Assembly (NCBI GenBank): GCA_030704615.1
Contig: CM060731.1
Span: forward strand, 58,900,001 to 58,964,000
DNA: 64,000 nt
Direction: 5' to 3'
Source: Takakia lepidozioides
Lineage: Eukaryota > Plantae > Bryophyta
Shown: positions 60,101 to 64,000 of the stretch, in pieces
Position numbering within the stretch: the first letter of the stretch is position 1
Layout: each line of letters begins with the position of its first letter
Position numbers and translations under genes: made by a program
The notes under the pieces: model-generated
Told to the model about the DNA's origin: nothing
Seen by the model: the letters and a program-made list of their open reading frames with translations, nothing else
Databases searched by the model: none

Positions 60101-63100
60101 TGGTGGTTATAACAATGGCATGGAAGGGAGAGGTAATTCAAGAGGGAATTACCAAGGAAATTCCAGAGGCAACTATCAGGGTAATCCAAGGGGGAATTAC
60201 CAGCCCGGGAATCAGGATTATAGAAATAATCCAAGAACAGACCAAGGGCGAGGACCCAATGGTGAAGAGCTATGTTACTATTGTAATCAGCCAGGACATC
60301 GCAAGGCAGCCTGTTCATTCTGGATAAGACACCAGAATGAGATGAGAGCTCCTGTGAATGAGGGCCCAGTGGTGGCAGCTCACATGGTTAGGCCATGTGT
60401 TGTACCAGAAGTAAGTACAATGATAGTAACAAGAAGTAAAGCCAAACTAATACCTCCAGTAGAAGAGGAAGAAGATGAGACTGGAAGTGGCAATGATATG
60501 CCTGAAGATGAAGAGACTTGGAAAGATGAGAAGGAACTGCACAAGGAAGTGGCAGATACTATAAGGGAAATGCAAAAGAGTACTGATATTCCTGTGGCAG
60601 ATTCCTCTGATTCGGATGGAGAAAAGAAGGGAGTGAGGAAGAAAGGAAAAAAAAAAAGATGCAGACATGCAAAGTAATGAAGAGACTTTGGCTGAGTAAT
60701 ATGTCAGACCAAAGCAGAAATTACCATTGGACAGCTATTAGCTGTGGCACCTTATTGTAGGCACAGGCTGTATCAGGCAATCAATCGAATTGCCAAGAGA
60801 CAGGAAACACAGACCTGAACAGCAAGGTGACCAGTTATAATGTGAAGCCGGAAGGGCGAGAACCAGTCATGGACTTTGATGATTCTATGCCAGTAATCCA
60901 ATTGAGAATTGGAAGCACAGAACTAACTGATGTACTGATAGATGGTGGTTCTGGAGTAAATATCATGACACCAATTAAGGAAGAAGCTTGGTCTAAGTAA
61001 CATGAAACCAGCCCCATTTACAGTAACAATGGCAGATCAAAGAAGTGTACAGCCATTGGATTAATAAGAGGAGTTAAGATACAGATACAGAAAATGATCT
61101 TTATGATCACAGTAACTGTATTAAAAATGGATGAAGTCATGGAGGCTTACTCCTTATTATTATTGGGACGTCCGTGGCTGAAACAGGCCAGGGTATTCCA
61201 TGACTGGAATTCTCAGTTACTAACCGTGCATAATGGGATACACGAGATACAAATTACCACAAAGAAATCTAGTAGATTACCTGCTACAAGAAGACCTCGA
61301 GGAGTCAGAGAGTATGACTGGAGAGGAGGACTGGATGAGGAGCAGGAAGCTACCCTATTTGCTGCACACCCAGAGTGGGAGCAGGTTGCGAGATGCGGCT
61401 GGAAAGCCTAAGTTGTTTGAGAGGTATCTGCTGTGGTGTAGTGACAGCAACACCAACTGAAGAGGAAACCAGCATTTACCCATCACATTTCTATGAAGAA
61501 AGAAGGAGAAATAGAAATCCTAGAAGAACCAGCCACTGTGAGCTTACAGGATGAAGTGGTGACTGGTTGGACAATCACAGCTGATGAGCAGGTGAGAGAA
61601 GTAAATGTGGGAACTCAGGAGGAACCGAGGATGGTGAAAGTAGGAGCTGATTTGGAGCCGGAATTCTTCGAAGAAGCTAAAAGCTTGTTCATCAAATACA
61701 GAGATGTATTTGCTTGGAGCTATGAGGATCTAAAAGGGATACCACCTGAAGTCTGTCAGCATAAGATTGAACTGGAACCAGGGTCAGTACCAATCAAGCA
61801 GGCGAGGTATAGAATGAATCCCAACTACGCACAGAAGGTTGGAGAAGAGATAAAGAAGTTGGCTGAGGCTAAGTTTATATACCCAATAGAGTATACAACT
61901 TGGTTGTCACCCATTGTTATAGTTCCCAAGAAGAATGGCAAACTAAGAGTATGTGTGAACTATAAGAAGCTGAATGCTTGTACGAAGAAAGATCCTTTCC
62001 CTTTGCCATTCACAGAAGCAGTATTAGACACTGTGGCAGGCCATGAGATGTACTCATTCATGGATGGCTTCAGTGGTTATAATCAAGTGCAAGTGGCAGA
62101 AGAAGACCAAGGGAAAACAGCTTTCATCACAGACTGGGGGGCTTATGCATACAAAGTCATGCCCTTTGGACTTTGTAATGCACCAGCGACCTTTCAGAGA
62201 GTGATAAGTGAATCTTTTCATGAGTATCTGGATGATTTCATGCAGGTATTCTTGGATGATTTCAGTGTGTACAGCTCTAAGAATGAGCACTTGCATAAAT
62301 TGGAGTTATGTTTGGCCAGATGCAGGATGAGAGGGTCTGGGCTTGAATCCAGAGAAGTGTACTTTCTGTGTGAACTCAGGGGTGCTTCTGGGACACATTG
62401 TGTGTAAGAAGGGACTCCTTGTGGATCCCAGGAAGACAGAGTCCATTAAAGCCTCTCCACCACCAGTGAATGTTAAGAGTTAAGGAGATTCCTTGGGCAA
62501 ACCAGTTATTACAGAAGATTTGTCAAAAGGTATGCAAAATAGCAGCACCATTGAGCAAGCTTCTGAAGAAAGATGCAGTGTTTGCCTGGACAGCTGAATG
62601 TCAACAGGCGTTTGAGGAACTTACACTGTCAGTAACAACTACACCTGTGCTGATTAACCCTCACTGGCATGTAGTATTTCATGTTCACTGCGATGCATCA
62701 GGAGAAGCGTTGGGAGCGGTGTTAGCCCAGAATGTTACAGGGAATATATTCACCTGTGTACTATGCTAGCCGGTTGATGAACAGTGCTGAGAGGAACTAT
62801 AGCACAACGGAAAGAGAAGCATTGGCAATGATTTATGCAGTCAAAATTCAGGCATTACCTATTGGGAAGAAAGTTTATGTTTTATGTGGATCACCAGGCT
62901 CTGATATATCTGGTGAACAAACCTTTGATAAGTGGAAGGATAGCGAGGTGGTTAATAATCTTGCATGAGTTTGAGTTCGAGGTTATTTACAAGCCTGGCC
63001 GTTTGCATCTTGTGGCAGATCATTTGTCACGACTAACAACAGGAGAGGCCGCCACAGGAGTGGACGATCAGTTACCTGATGCGAGTTTATTTGTAATGGA

Positions 63101-64000
63101 GGTGCAAGGAAGTGCAGATGAATGGTTAGATTGGCAGTGGCCAATCAGATACTACCTTGCTCATGGTCAGTGCCCACCTAGTTATGGTAAGGAGCAGAGG
63201 AAGAGAATTGCTATCAAAGCTTTACCTTATACTATGGTAGGAAGCAGAATGTATAAGTTAGGACCTGATGGAGTACTAAAACGATGCTTGTACCACCATG
63301 AAGTAAATAAAGTCTTGGAGGAAGTTCATAAAGGAGTGGCTGGAGGTCATTTTGGAGAAGAGACTACCAGTAGAAAGATACTACTCGCAGGATACTGGTG
63401 GCCTACTTTTCAAAGATGTACATGAGTATTGTCAGAAGTGTGATGAATGTCAGAGGCTAGGACCTTTGCAGAGATCTGGAAGGATGGCCTTGCATCCTAC
63501 AATGCCTACGGAACCATTTCAGAAATGGGGACTAGACTTTGTTGGACCAATTAATCCACCATCCAAGAATACACGAAACAGGGTACATAATTACAGCCAC
63601 TGATTATACTACAAAGTGGGTGGAAGCTAAAGCTTTGAGGGACAACACAGCCAAGTCCACAGCAAGGTTCCTGTACGAGAACATACTTACACGATTTGGC
63701 TGTCCCTTAGAATTTATCAGTGATCAAGGAAGTCACTTCATGAATGAGACCATTGAGTTGTTGACTAAAGAGTTTATGATTGTGCATAGAAAGAGTACAA
63801 CATATTACCCACAGGGTAATGGGCAGGCAGAGGCTACCAACAAAATACTATGTACTATCTTGGCTAAGATAGTCAATGCAAACAGAACGGATTGGGATAC
63901 AAAGCTGCTGACAGCTTTATGGTCATACAGGACTTCATATAAAGTCACCACTAAGTATACACCATTCCAATTAGTTTATGTATGGAAGCCTTACTTCCAG
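57178..64000 (+). mobile_element. Second copy of the same Ty3/Gypsy family (divergent, 3'-deleted 5' LTR ~57178-57863; ORF1, gag, PR, RT, RH, partial IN; runs off the window)
   Basis: Internal region nearly identical to 29275-35120. The LTR shares gggatctgt.gggtaccctt...ggggtgacagcagcgcact and the CACAG array. LTR end and PBS are absent; the exact 5' TG is uncertain. Confidence 0.93.
58382..64000 (+). pseudogene. gag-pol of copy 2 (many single-base frameshifts)
   Basis: ORFs 58478-59200, 59209-60327, 60120-60677, 61094-61411, 61493-62407, 62835-63425 and 63352-63603 carry the same gag, RT, RH and IN motifs. Confidence 0.92.

Overview
Eukaryotic, transposon-rich plant genomic DNA, most consistent with a non-seed land plant (inferred from the gene and TE families; species not determinable). 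There are two apparently intact host genes: a 3-exon CYP71-clan cytochrome P450 (8993-10920, +) with CYP703/CYP79-like motif variants, and an intronless PLATZ transcription factor (14276-15049, -). From about 20.8 kb onward the window is a nest of transposons. (1) A decayed Mutator-type transposase of the AT4G13970/AT1G60560-like family (+). (2) A second MULE-like transposase with a GCM/WRKY-like N-terminus and a SWIM finger (-), split by (3) a full-length 13.1-kb non-chromovirus Ty3/Gypsy LTR retrotransposon (28126-41213; AACTT TSD, PBS, PPT). (4) A hAT remnant, (5) palindromic GCGACCGCC arrays, (6) a TE-borne Ulp1-like protease gene, and (7) a second, window-truncated copy of the Gypsy element. 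The most unusual system is the Gypsy element. It has an extra 5' ORF starting inside the LTR, about 10-bp-phased CACAG arrays both in the LTRs and just after integrase, and an integrase frame that stays open through 11 decapeptide repeats (DTAYHSPxRR) and about 700 bp of unique sequence into a roughly 1,150-aa 3' accessory protein. All calls were made by eye; no database searches were run.
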